From Macrostomum hystrix (taxonomy: Eukaryota > Animalia > Platyhelminthes): a DNA stretch of 64,000 nucleotides. The stretch is from contig CATNEN010000002.1 in assembly GCA_950097015.1 (NCBI GenBank), positions 7,998,001 through 8,062,000 on the forward strand, in the 5' to 3' direction. Positions 23,706 through 36,120 of the stretch are shown piece after piece. The number at the start of each line of letters is the position of its first letter. Position 1 is the first letter of the stretch. The notes under the pieces are model-generated. The model searched no databases and was not told the origin of the DNA. It was given only the letters and a program-made list of their open reading frames with translations. A program made the translations under genes and the position numbers.

Positions 23706-24324
23706 TTTCTAATATACTAAAAATGAAAATCTTGCTTGCTTGCTTGCTTGCTTGTATGTTTGCAATCGACTAGCTCCCGAACGGCTCAACCGATTTTCGC
23801 AATTCCTTCGCCAAAAGATCACAAATGGGCCGGAATCGGTACACGTAATTTTATTAAGCTTAATTCCATTGCCAAGGGGATTAAATATTCGAAAAACTGT
23901 TTTAAATAGGCTTTTCTAATGCATTCTTGTTTTCAGCTTGTGCACAGTGAGGCTCCAGTGCCAATTTTTAATGATTGCATCAGGGCCAGTTTTGTTAGGC
24001 GAGCGTACTGATAAGAAATTTCTCACCCAAATGTGCATAGCTGTGTCAACCCCACTGGCGAGATAATTACTGCCCAATGTGCACAGGCTGAGCTGGCTTC
24101 TGTTAACTGCTGGCAGTGTGATATTTTATTATTTTATTTATTTATTTATTGAGTTTTTTTCAATCAAATAGCATATTCACATCATACACCAAAAGGCTAC
24201 AGCTGAGAACTGAATTGATCCAAGTGATCGGCCTTTTTCTAGCAGAGCGAAGCGAACCGAACCGAATCCCAGGCACAACAATGACACAGCCAAATAGCAT
24301 AAATACAAATCCAGGCTCAGAATC

Positions 24325-26840
24325 GATAGATATCTAGGCTGAGCATTGATAGATATCTAGGCTGAGCATTGATAGATATCTAGGCTCAGCATTGATAGAC
24401 ATCTAGGCTCAACATTTTTATTAAATATCTAGGCTCAACATTTTTATAGTTATCTAGGCTCAGCATTGACAGATATCTAGGCTCAGCATTGATAGATATC
24501 TAGGCTCAAAATTGATAGATATCTAGGCTCAACATTTTTATAGTTATCTAGGCTCAGCATTGACAGATATCTAGGCTCAGCATTTTTATGGATATCTAGG
24601 CTCAGCATTGAAAGATATCTAGGCTCAGCATTGATATATATCTAGGCTCAGCATTGATAGATATCTAGGCTCAGCATTGATAGATATCTAGGCTCAGCAT
24701 TGATAGTTATCTAGGCTCAGCATTGATAGTTATCTCGGCTCAGCATTGAAAGTTATCTAGGCTCAACATTTTTGTAGATAACTAAGCTCAGCATTGATAG
24801 TTATCTAGGCACGGCATTGATAGTTATCTAGGCTCAGCATTGATAGTTATCTAGGCTCAGCATTGATAGTTATCTAGGCTCAGCATTGACAGTTATCTCG
24901 GCTCAGCTTTGATAGTTATCTAGGCATGGCATTGATAGTTATCTAGGCTCAGTATTGATAGTTATCTAGGCTCAGCATTGATAGTTATCTAGGCTCAGCA
25001 TTGATAGTTATCTAGGCTCAGAATTGATAGTTATCTAGGCTCAGCATTGATAGTTATCTAGGCTCAGTATTGATAGTTATCTAGGCTCAGCATTGATAGT
25101 TATCTAGGCTGAGCATTGATAGATATCTAGGCTGAGCATTGATAGATATCTAGGCTCAGCATTGATAGACATCTAGGCTCAACATTTTTATTAAATATCT
25201 AGGCTCAACATTTTTATAGTTATCTAGGCTCAGCATTGACAGATATCTAGGCTCAGCATTGATAGATATCTAGGCTCAAAATTGATAGATATCTAGGCTC
25301 AACATTTTTATAGTTATCTAGGCTCAGCATTGACAGATATCTAGGCTCAGCATTTTTATGGATATCTAGGCTCAGCATTGAAAGATATCTAGGCTCAGCA
25401 TTGATATATATCTAGGCTCAGCATTGATAGATATCTAGGCTCAGCATTGATAGATATCTAGGCTCAGCATTGATAGATATCTAGGCTCAGCATTGATAGT
25501 TATCTAGGCTCAGCATAGATAGAAGATAGATATCTAGGCTCAACATTTTTATGGATATCTAGGCTCAGCATTGAAAGATATCTAGGCTCAGCATTGATAG
25601 ATATCTAAAGGCTCAGCATTGATAGATATCTAGGCTCAGCATTGATAGATATCTAGGCTCAGCATTGATAGATATCTAGGCTCAGCATTGATAGATATCT
25701 AGGCTCAGCATTGATAGATATCTAGGCTCAGCATTGATAGTTATCTAGGCTCAGCATAGATAGAAGATAGATATCTAGGCTCAACATTTTTATGGATATC
25801 TAGGCTCAAAATTGATAGATATCTAGGCATAACATTTTTATAGTTATCTAGGCTCAGCATTGACAGATATCTAGGCTCAGCATTTTTATGGATATCTAGG
25901 CTCAGCATTGAAAGATATCTAGGCTCAGCATTGATATATATCTAGGCTCAGCATTGATAGATATCTAGGCTCAGCATTGATAGATATCTAGGCTCAGCAT
26001 TGATAGATATCTAGGCTCAGCATTGATAGATATCTAGGCTCAGCATTGATAGTTATCTAGGCTCAGCATAGATAGAAGATAGATATCTAGGCTCAACATT
26101 TTTATGGATATCTAGGCTCAGCATTGAAAGATATCTAGGCTCAGCATTGATAGATATCTAAAGGCTCAGCATTGATAGATATCTAGGCTCAGCATTGATA
26201 GATATCTAGGCTCAGCATTGATAGATATCTAGGCTCATCATTGATAGATATCTAGGCTCAGCATTGATAGTTATCTAGGCTCAACATTTTTTATGATTAT
26301 CTAGGCTCAGCATTGATAGATTTCTAGGCTCAGCATTGATAGTTATCTAGCCTCAGCATTGATAGTTATCTAGGCTCAACATTTTTTATAGATATCTAGG
26401 CTCAACATTTTTATAGATATCTAGGCTCAACATTTTATAGATATCTAGGCTCAGCATTGATAGTTATCTAGGCTCAGTATTGAAAGATATCTAGGCTCAA
26501 CATTTTTTATAGATATCTAGGCTCAACATTTTTATAGATATCTAGGCTCAGCATTGATAGTTATCGAGGCTCAGAATCGATAGAAATCTAGGCTTAGCAT
26601 TGATAGTTATCGAGGCTCAGAATCGATAGAAATCTAGGCTCAGAATCGATACATATCTAAGCTCAGAATCAATTGAAATCAAGGCTCAGAATACACGTAT
26701 AGATGTCTAAGCTCAGAATTGAAAGATATCTAAGCCCAGAAGCGATTGAAATCTAGGCTGAGAATCGATGGGTATCTAGGCACAGAATCGATTGAAATCT
26801 AGGCTCAGAAATTAGAATTGATAGATACATAGGCTCCGAA
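24325..26840. repeat. 23-bp satellite, B family (ATTGATAGATATCTAGGCTCAGC)
   Basis: About 100 tandem units with variants and degenerate edges. Contains palindrome TAGATATCTA. Confidence 0.97.
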
Positions 26841-27437
26841 TTTGTAAATATACAATGATATTTATTTAAGACAATAATGACTGATTCGAAAGCACAGCAC
26901 TGTCAGATTTCAAGGCACAACAGTGACATACAAGTTTCATCAAGACTCAAGACTATCATCGTGTGGTAATCGGTCAGTGGACGCATTTTTTCACATCAAT
27001 TTAGAGTTGAGAGTTTAGAGACGTGAAAGGCCTTTGAGATAACTTAGACGCTATCATATTGAAATTTGGGCGCACTGGCCTACCCAATCCAAGTCCTTAC
27101 CGGCTATTCTAGGCTGGCGCAGGCAATGTACATTATTCCCCCTCTTGCCCCCAAATGTGCACGCACGGGCTGGAGAGCCCTCACCCCATTCCATCGGTTT
27201 TTAAGATTTCAAGCGGTCAGAGGTCCGTTTTATCGATTTTTACCCTAGGTCTTAAGATAATATCCGATTCAGCCCACTGTGATGATATATAGCTTGCAAA
27301 TTAGTGTGGTTTATAAAGGCTCCTTATCTGATTCTTCAGACATCGAAATTCAAATCCAAATTTCACAACCTATCTCTCTTTCAAGCCTTTCATTATCTCT
27401 CAACTTATCATTTCATTTTACTTTTCAGTTCTCAATC

Positions 27438-30400
27438 ATGGTTCGACGCGGCGCAAGCAGTTTGAAGAAAAGTCGCGATGCCAAGCGACGGCGACAAGCT
27501 GAATCCGAGGCCGATCGCGAGGTCCGTTTGGAAGAACGACGTCAGCGAATGGCTGAGAAGCGAGCCTCTCAAACTGAGGCAGAGCGAGCTGCCCGACTGG
27601 AGGAACAGCGGCAGCGGATCGCTGAGCGCAGAGATGTCGAGACTGAGGCAGAGCGAGCTGCCCGACTGGAGGAACAGCGGCAGCGGGATGCTCAGCGCAG
27701 AGATGCTGAGACTGAGGCAGAGCGAGCTGCCCGACTGGAGGAACAGCGGCAGCGGGATGCTCAGCGCAGAGATGCTGAGACTGAGGCAGAGCGAGCTGCC
27801 CGACTGGAGGAACAGCGGCAGCGGGATGCTCAGCGCAGAGATGCTGAGACTGAGGCAGAGCGAGCTGCCCGACTGGAGGAACAGCGGCAGCGGGATGCTC
27901 AGCGCAGAGATGCTGAGACTGAGGCAGAGCGAGCTGCCCGACTGGAGGAACAGCAGCAGCGGGATGCTCAGCGCAGAGATGCTGAGACTGAGGCAGAGCG
28001 AGCTGCCCGACTGGAGGAACAGCAGCAGCGGGATGCTCAGCGCAGAGATGCTGAGACTGAGGCAGAGCGGGCTGCCCGACTGGAAGCCGAGCAGATTCGT
28101 CGCCGTGGAGCTTTGGTTTCCAAGTGAGTTTTATGAGGCTCTATAAAATAACGTTACATAACATAATTATGGTTTTATTTAGTTTTTTTCTAAATCGCCT
28201 CATAAGTGTTGATTTTTTTGCTGTAGATTTGAGTAACTTAACCTGCAGTCCAACAATTGGTTTAAAAATTCTGTAAATGCAGCTGTGCTTTATTTTCACT
28301 GCATTGCCAACTTAGGTCGGACACCCAGCAGCAAGGTATGGAAGCTATTGTACCATTTGAGCAGTTGCAGGTAATCCCTATTATTGGTGATGGCAATTGC
28401 TTCTTTTATGCTGTGTGTGATCAGCTGCGTGGAACCCCGCTAGAAACTGACGCAGCCTCCTTGCGGCAGGATTTGTCTTGCCGTGTTGCAGAACTCATGC
28501 CACAGTTGGTTGCAGATGGCCTCATCGCACCTGAGAGTGCTGATGACATTGTGAGTTCCTCTTTTCAAACAGGCACTTATGTTTCAGACGAAGTTGCCTC
28601 TTTGTTGAGCCGCTGCTTTAATGTGGACCTGGTCATTTACCAGGCCAATGGTAATGTGATGCAGTATTTCAGGGCTAATCTCTATCCTCCTAATGCGATT
28701 GTGCGCGTGCTCTTGCGCCATGAGCATTACGAGTCACTGAGACTTCGAGAGCCTTTGCAAGCCCTTTCAGATGCAGAGTTTCCAAGCTTGGCAGCAAGCA
28801 AAACTCCTGCCAAGAGGGCCAAGAAAGCCAAGGGCCCGAGAGCGATGCCAGCTGACAGCCCCAGCTCATGTGCTGACACTGGAGCACAGGCTGAGCAGAT
28901 GTGAGTAACTTGCTTTTGTTATTTTGCATTTATTCGTTTAAATCAGTTTAATCTGCTGACACAAATAAATCACTAGCATGGAAAGCAATGTCAATCAAAT
29001 CAATGTACCCTCTTAATAAACTCTGCTCAACCCCTACTCAAACCCTGCTCACAGGCATGCCGAGCCGGTGATGCCAGAAGCCCCGGCTCACCAATGCGGC
29101 CCAATGAACCGCGCCTGCAATGACTGCGGCGCCCTGCTGTGGGCCAAGGAGACGAGCAATTTCTGCTGCGCCAAGGGCAAGGTGAAGCTGCCCACCCGTT
29201 CCATGCCGCAGGTCCTGGCAGATCTGTACACGGGGCAGCACCGCCTCAGTGCAGAGTTCCTGGCTAACATCAGGAGCTACAACTCTGTGCTGCACCTGAC
29301 ATCTCTGGGTGCGAGGCTCAGACTGGTGCCTGGCTGGAGTCCCAGCTTCATCATCAGCGGCCAGCTGCATCACAACTTGGGGCCGCTGCTTGCCGACACC
29401 TCAGCCGTGCCGCATGGCTGGCAGGTGTACTTCACGGACCGCGAGCTGGAGAGCCGCCTGAGCCTCAGCCAGAAGGTGAAGCCGGAGCTGCTGGAGCTGC
29501 TGCAAACTGTGCTGCACGAGTGCAACGGCTATGTGCAGAGCCTGCGAGCTGCTGCTCAGCGGATCAGTGGCGACCCTGAGCTGGGAGATGCGCGAATTGT
29601 GATTCACCCGGACCGACGACCAGCTGGGGAGCACATTCGGTGAGTGAGCTGTGTTATGGAGCTGCTGGTTGGGATCCTATTTCGCCTGCACTTATACTGT
29701 TCAGTCTGTGCAGTTGATTCTGTGAAGTACCTGCTGTACCAATTCCATTCCTGTTCATTCCCAGGCGTTACAATCTCCCTACTGCCAATGAGGTTGGCAT
29801 CCTGGTTGTCGGTGGTTCCGAGGACGCACCGACAAGCCGTGACGTTGTGATTCGACTGCGCGGAGGCGAAGTCCAGCGCATATCCGAGACCCACCGGTCC
29901 TACGACCCTCTGGAGTACGTGCTGCTGTTCCCGAATGGCGAGGACGGCTGGCACCCAGAGCTGCAGATGGCGAATGGGCGGAAGCTGACGCCCATGAAGT
30001 ACTACGCCAGCGAAATCATGGTGCGAGCTGGCCAGTTCAACGTGCTGCACCACGGCAGGCGCCTCTTCCAGCAGTACCTGGTTGACATGGCTGCCAAGAT
30101 CGAGTCCGAGAGGCTGCTGTACCTGCGCACTCATCAGAACGACCTGCGCAGCGAGACCTACAGCGGCCTGCGAGACGCTCTGTTCGCTGCTGATGGCAGG
30201 AGCACCGAGAGAGACCCCAATGAGATTGGTAAGCCTGCCCATGTGTACCTGTCTTCCAGCTTTGTAGGTGGACCCAGGTACCTGATGGAGCGGCTGCAAG
30301 ATGCAATGGCCTACGTGCACAAGTTCGGCAAGCCGGACCTGTTTGTCACAGCCACATGCAACCCGAAGTGGCCGGAAATCAGCGTGCAGCTGCTGCCCGG

Positions 30401-33400
30401 TCAGCGGGCAGAGGACCGCCCGGACATTGTGACTCGAGTCTTTGAACTGAAGAAAAAGGCTCTGCTTGAAGTGCTCAGGAAGCGTTTTGGCAAGGAGGCT
30501 GCGCATGTGTGCTCCTTGGAGTACCAGAAGCGCGGTGAGTAAAATCAGATTTTCATGCAGACATTGGCAATATTAACAGCCTGGAATAACGAGTCCGCAT
30601 GCTTTTATCAACTCGCCTCAGGCCTTCCCCATGTGCACTTCCTGCTCTGGCTGGCGAACGGGAGTCGAGTCACCCCGGATCGCTACGATGCCATCGTGTC
30701 TGCGGAGATCCCAGACCCACAGCGGCAGCCAGTGCTGCACGAGCTGGTCAAGACCCACATGATCCACGGGCCGTGTGGCGAGCTGAACCCGGCCTGCCCT
30801 TGCATGGAGAACGGCAAGTGCAGCAAGAGCTTCCCGAAGGACTTCCAGCCGGTGACGCTGACGAGCGACAGCGGCTATCCGTTCTACAGGAGGCGCTCCC
30901 CTGAGATGGGAGGCTTCACGGTGGACAAACTGTTCAAGGGTCGCAGCATCCAAATGGACAACAGGTGAGTCAGTAGCTGCGTGGCCATAGCATTTCTGTG
31001 CTCTGCAAGCCGCTGCTTCCCTCCAATCACCAGGTGGGTGGTGCCATACAACCCTGACCTGCTGCTACAGTTCGCGTGCCATTTGAACGTAGAGGTTTGT
31101 GCCACTGTCAAGTCTGTCAAGTACGTGATCAAGTACTTGATGAAGAATGGCGACATGGCGGTTTTCAAAGTCGCCGCCGCCGCAGGAGCTGCTGAAGCTC
31201 AGCCGAGTGCTCAATCTGAGCAGCCGGAGAAGCCCCGTGATGAAATCTCCGAGTACCTGTCTGCACGCTACATTGGTCCGATGGAAGCTGTTAACACCAT
31301 CTTGGCCTTTGAGGTAATTGCTCTGCTCTGCTTTCATTGCCTGTGCTTTTAGTACTGCATTACGTTTTTTTCAGCAGCTCTGATGCTCAAAAAATATCCT
31401 CACCTTTGCCCAGGTGCACAACAGGTTCCCAGCGGTCATCCGACTCTGTGTGCACAAGTCGGAAGAGCAGCTCGTGTACTTCAACGAGCAGACCGCGGGC
31501 GCCAGAGCAAAGGCGCCACGAGACTCGACACTGACGGCCTTCTTCAAGCTGTGCCGCACTGACGAGTTCGCCCGCCTGCTACTCTACACAGAGGTGCCCA
31601 CCTTCTTCGTGTGGCACCCGAGTGCGAGAGAGTGGCGTCGAGCCAAGCAGGGCGTCGATGTCGAAGGACATCCCGGCGTGAAGCGCAACACCAACATTGC
31701 GCGGATGTACACGGTCAGTCCTAGAGCTGGTGACCTGTTCTACCTGCGGCTGTTGCTGCTGCACGTGCGAGGACCGACCAGCTTCGAGTCGCTGCAGACC
31801 GTGGCCGGCGTGCATTGTGCCAGCGCCAAGGCCGCCTGCATGGCTCTCGGCCTGCTGCAGCGTGATGATCACTGGCATCGCTGCATGACTGAGGCTGTCC
31901 AGAGCCGAATGCCGCGAGCTCTGAGGCACCTGCTGGCTGTCGTTCTCATCTGGGGCGAGCCAGACGACGGCGCTGATCTGTGGAGCAGGTTTGCAGAGGA
32001 TCTCTGCGAAGACCTGCGCTTCCACCAACCGGACTTAAGCGCCGAGGAAGTCAGCGACCTGGCTCTGCGGGAGCTGCAGAGCATGCTGACGTCAATGGGC
32101 GGCCGCAGTCTGCAAGAGTACGGACTGCCTGCTGCCTCTGCAATGCCGCAAGTCGGGCCGCTGCAGTTTGACACGGTCGAACAGGCGGAGATCACCGAGA
32201 TGCGGCTGCCAATGCTCACGGCCGAGCAGATGGCCATCTACGAGGCTGTGACTGTGGATCTTGTCGCTGGCTCGGGCGGCCTGCATTTCATTGACGCTCC
32301 GGCAGGCACTGGCAAGACCTTCCTGCTGGAGGTTTTGCTGGCGTTTGTGCGGAGTCGAGGGGAAGTCGCCCTGGCTGTTGCGTCGTCGGGAATCGCAGCC
32401 ACCCTGCTGCCAGGCGGGCAGACGGCGCATTCAACGTGCGTTTTTTAATGGAAATCAAATTCACACTTAATGTTCTCCTGCTCATTCAGTCTCAATCTAC
32501 ATTTTTCGCCAGATTCAAGATCCCAGTGCGGCTGGTTCGCTCTGACAAGGACGTGTGTTCTGTCCGAGCGCAGTCTAAGCTGGCCGCAGTCTTTCGCACT
32601 GTACGGCTGATCGTCTGGGACGAGATCTCCATGACAAACCGGAAGGACCTGGAGGCTGTCGACCGCAGTCTGCGAGACCTGCGGAAGCAGGACTGCCCGT
32701 TCGGCGGAATCGTCGTGGTCTGCGCTGGAGACTTTCGCCAGCTGCTGCCGGTGGTGAAAAATGGCACGCGCGCTAACAACATCCTGGCGTGTGTTAGCAA
32801 GTCCCCGCTGTGGTCTTTGTTCCGGAGGCACCGCCTATCCAAGAACATCCGGCTGCAGAGCTGTGCTGATGCTGAGCTGTACCATCGCTATATGCAGCTG
32901 CTCATGCAGGTAAGCTTTGTTCTTGCTGTTTTTAGATAACCTCACAGGCTGCAGTTCTCGTGCATTTACCTGCCAACCCCACACAGATCGGCTCTGGGGT
33001 AGCCGATCAGTCAGACGACACGGTCTGCCTTCCTGCCAAGATCATCATTCCGACGGAGGCACCGCTGTCCGAGCTGATCCAGTTCGTGTACCCTTCGTTC
33101 GAGGCGTCAGCGGAGCGCGACGGCTACTTTGCCAGCCGAGCCATTCTGGCGCCCTACAACGATGCGGTTGACGCGATCAACAACGAGTGCCTGGCCATGT
33201 TCCCAGGCCAACTGCGCGAGTATCGCTCAGTGGACAGCGTGGCTGACGAGGAAGCGGCCACGCACTTTCCTCCGGAGCTGCTGAATCAGCTGGATGCTCC
33301 GAACTTCCCTGCTCACCTGCTGAAGCTCAAGGTGGGCATGCCGCTGGTTCTGCTGCGGAATCTGAATCCGCCACGGCTGTGCAACGGCACCCGGCTGATC

Positions 33401-33745
33401 ATCCTGGAGCTGGGCGAGAATGTGCTGCGCTGCAAAGTCGCTGCCGGCCAGTTCACTGGAGATGAGATCCTGCTGCCGCGGATTCCACTGGAGCCCAACA
33501 ATGCTGACCTGCCAGTCTGCTTCAAGCGGCTGCAGTTCCCAGTCAAGCCGAGCTTCTGCCTGACGATCCACAAGTCGCAGGGCCAGTCGCTCGACACCGT
33601 GGGCATCGACCTAGCTGTCGGCTGCTTCGCCCACGGCCAGCTGTACACGGCGCTGTCCCGGGCCAAGAATGTCGACAGCGTGCGCGTCCGGATCTCCGGT
33701 GAGCGGACGAGAAATGTCGTGTACCCTGAGGTGCTGAGTGACTGA
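27438..33745 (+). CDS. Helitron RepHel transposase, 9 exons, 1808 aa: STPR repeats, OTU protease, Cys-rich zinc finger, HUH Rep, PIF1-like helicase
   Basis: Exons 27438-28123, 28316-28900, 29055-29639, 29765-30534, 30622-30964, 31034-31313, 31414-32435, 32513-32909, 32987-33745. All introns GT-AG and frame-preserving, 5427 nt. OTU GDGNCFFYAV/HEHY; ZnF CNDC...FCC; Rep FVTATCNPKW, EYQKRGLPHVH, KYVIKY; helicase APAGTGKTF, WDEISM, GDFRQLLPV, TIHKSQGQSL, HGQLYTALSR. Confidence 0.93.
27500..28095 (+). repeat. 69-bp coding repeat encoding 23-aa STPR-type units (~9 copies)
   Basis: ETEAERAARLEEQRQRDAQRRDA repeats. The 23-residue period and E-T-x-E-x-R-x-x-R-L pattern match the STPR domain of FMBP-1-like proteins. 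Confidence 0.85.
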
Positions 33746-33990
33746 ACCTCGGTATCACAAGTTGAGCCACCTGATATGTAAATGGTGTTTAACACCATGG
33801 GCCCATGGAAGGCATATCAGTTCAAATCCTGTTACAGTGGCACTAAAAACCTTAAAAACAAGTGCACCACCATAGTTAAAGCCATTTAGTCAGATTATTA
33901 CCAGCCAAAATCTGAAGCATATAAAAACTAGCACCTAAAATATAACAATTTTCGTTAAAGACAATTCAGTGCAGATATATTATGGCTAAA

Positions 33991-34664
33991 AATAATTGAG
34001 CGTTTTATGTGCGAAAATTGCAAGCAAAAGCTTGAAAAAAATTAGACATATATAGATTAGCTAGAAATAATTGAGCACTTCATGTGCGAAAATTGCAAGC
34101 AAAAGCTTGAAAAAAATTAGACAAATATAGATTAGCTAGAAATAATTGAGCACTTTATGTGCGAAAATTGCAAGCAAAAGCTTGAAAAAAATTAGACAAA
34201 TATAGATTAGCTAGAAATAATTGAGCACTTTATGTGCGAAAATTGCAAGCAAAAGCTTGAAAAAAATTAGACAAATATAGATTAGCTAGAAATAATTGAG
34301 CACTTTATGTGCGAAAATTGCAAGCAAAAGCTTGAAAAAAATTAGACAAATATAGATTAGCTAGAAATAATTGAGCACTTCATGTGCGAAAATTGCAAGC
34401 AAAAGCTTGAAAAAAATTAGACAAATATAGATTAGCTAGAAATAATTGAGCACTTCATGTGCGAAAATTGCAAGCAAAAGCTTGAAAAAAATTAGACAAA
34501 TATAGATTAGCTAGAAATAATTGAGCACTTCATGTGCGAAAATTGCAAGCAAAAGCTTGAAAAAAATTAGACAAATATAGATTAGCTAGAAATAATTGAG
34601 CACTTCATGTGCGAAAATTGCAAGCAAAAGCTTGAAAATAAAATGTAGACAAATATAGATTAGC
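33991..34664. repeat. 75-bp AT-rich tandem repeat (9 units)
   Basis: AATAATTGAGC recurs at 33991, 34066, 34141 ... 34591. Confidence 0.95.
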
Positions 34665-34924
34665 ATTGTAAGGTTTCGTGCCACTGTAGTGAGAGCAGGT
34701 TGGCTGCATAGTGTGGGCCCTGAGAAGCAGTTGAAAAGTACATGTTCGCTACTTTCATGATCCATACTTTCTTCTGCTTAAACTGGAGAGACTATGCAGC
34801 CATGGTCTGAAGTAGCCTTAGCAGACCTGTAGGCTCCTTGTGATGCTTAATTCGAGAGTAAACAGCTGTTCCCAGCTGCTGAGTGTGCTGAGTGCATTGC
34901 TTAGCCCCCATGCATGTCTCCCAC

Positions 34925-36120
34925 GATGCGGAGTTGAAGCCAGCAAGCAGAAAGACTGACACCTGAGAATAGATCCATTTGATCAAACTGTGCAGGGTTT
35001 CTGGTCTTGCTGGTGGCAAACTCTGCAGAAGCATCTGCCCAACCCCCCACCTCACTACTAATTTTATTGTCACTGAAATATGAGAATGAGTTTGCTGTTA
35101 TTAACTGGCATAAAGTGGATTGATTGCTACATTTCTTATTTTACTATTATTGACTTCTCAAATTCAATCTTCCATGCGGAGTTGAAGCCAGCAAGCAGAA
35201 AGACTGACACCTGAGAATAGATCCATTTGATCAAACTGTGCAGGGTTTCTGGTCTTGCTGGTGTCAAACTCTGCAGAAGCATCTGCCCAACCCCCCACCT
35301 CACTACTAATTTTATTGTCACTGAAATATGAGAATGAGTTTGCTGTTATTAACTGGCATAAAGTGGATTGATTGCTACATTTCTTATTTTACTATTATTG
35401 ACTTCTCAAATTCAATCTTCCATGCGGAGTTGAAGCCAGCAAGCAGAAAGACTGACACCTGAGAATAGATCCATTTGATCAAACTGTGCAGGGTTTCTGG
35501 TCTTGCTGGTGGCAAACTCTGCAGAAGCATCTGCCCAACCCCCACCTCACTACTAATTTTATTGTCACTGAAATATGAGAATGAGTTTGCTGTTATTAAC
35601 TGGCATAAAGTGGATTGATTGCTACATTTCTTATTTTACTATTATTGACTTCTCAAATTCAATCTTCCATGCGGAGTTGAAGCCAGCAAGCAGAAAGACT
35701 GACACCTGAGAATAGATCCATTTGATCAAACTGTGCAGGGTTTCTGGTCTTGCTGGTGTCAAACTCTGCAGAAGCATCTGCCCAACCCCCACCTCACTAC
35801 TAATTTTATTGTCACTGAAATATGAGAATGAGTTTGCTGTTATTAACTGGCATAAAGTGGATTGATTGCTACATTTCTTATTTTACTATTATTGACTTCT
35901 CAAATTCAATCTTCCATGCGGAGTTGAAGCCAGCAAGCAGAAAGACTGACACCTGAGAATAGATCCATTTGATCAAACTGTGCAGGGTTTCTGGTCTTGC
36001 TGGTGTCAAACTCTGCAGAAGCATCTGCCCAACCCCCCACCTCACTACTAATTTTATTGTCACTGAAATATGAGAATGAGTTTGCTGTTATTAACTGGCA
36101 TAAAGTGGATTGATTGCTAC
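34925..36120. repeat. ~247-bp tandem repeat (~4.8 units)
   Basis: CATGCGGAGTTGAAGCC at 35173, 35421, 35668 and 35915; units near-identical. Confidence 0.95.

Larger units (their letters stand above)
23708..36120 (+). mobile_element. Autonomous-type Helitron (type-B 5' arm, 23-bp satellite, RepHel gene, 3' tandem repeats); own 3' terminus not seen
   Basis: 5' TC at 23708 continues without a hairpin-CTAG terminus through the satellite into the RepHel gene. The next hairpin+CTAG is the type-A end at 36459. Confidence 0.75.

Noticed and set aside
27500-28095. Numerical match between the 23-aa STPR period and the 23-bp satellite period
   Set aside because: No mechanism links residue count to base count, and the sequences are unrelated; treated as coincidence.
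34667-36120. Possible solo LTR (TGTAAGG...GCTACA)
   Set aside because: No TSD, PBS or PPT, and the 247-bp unit continues past GCTACA in the other copies.
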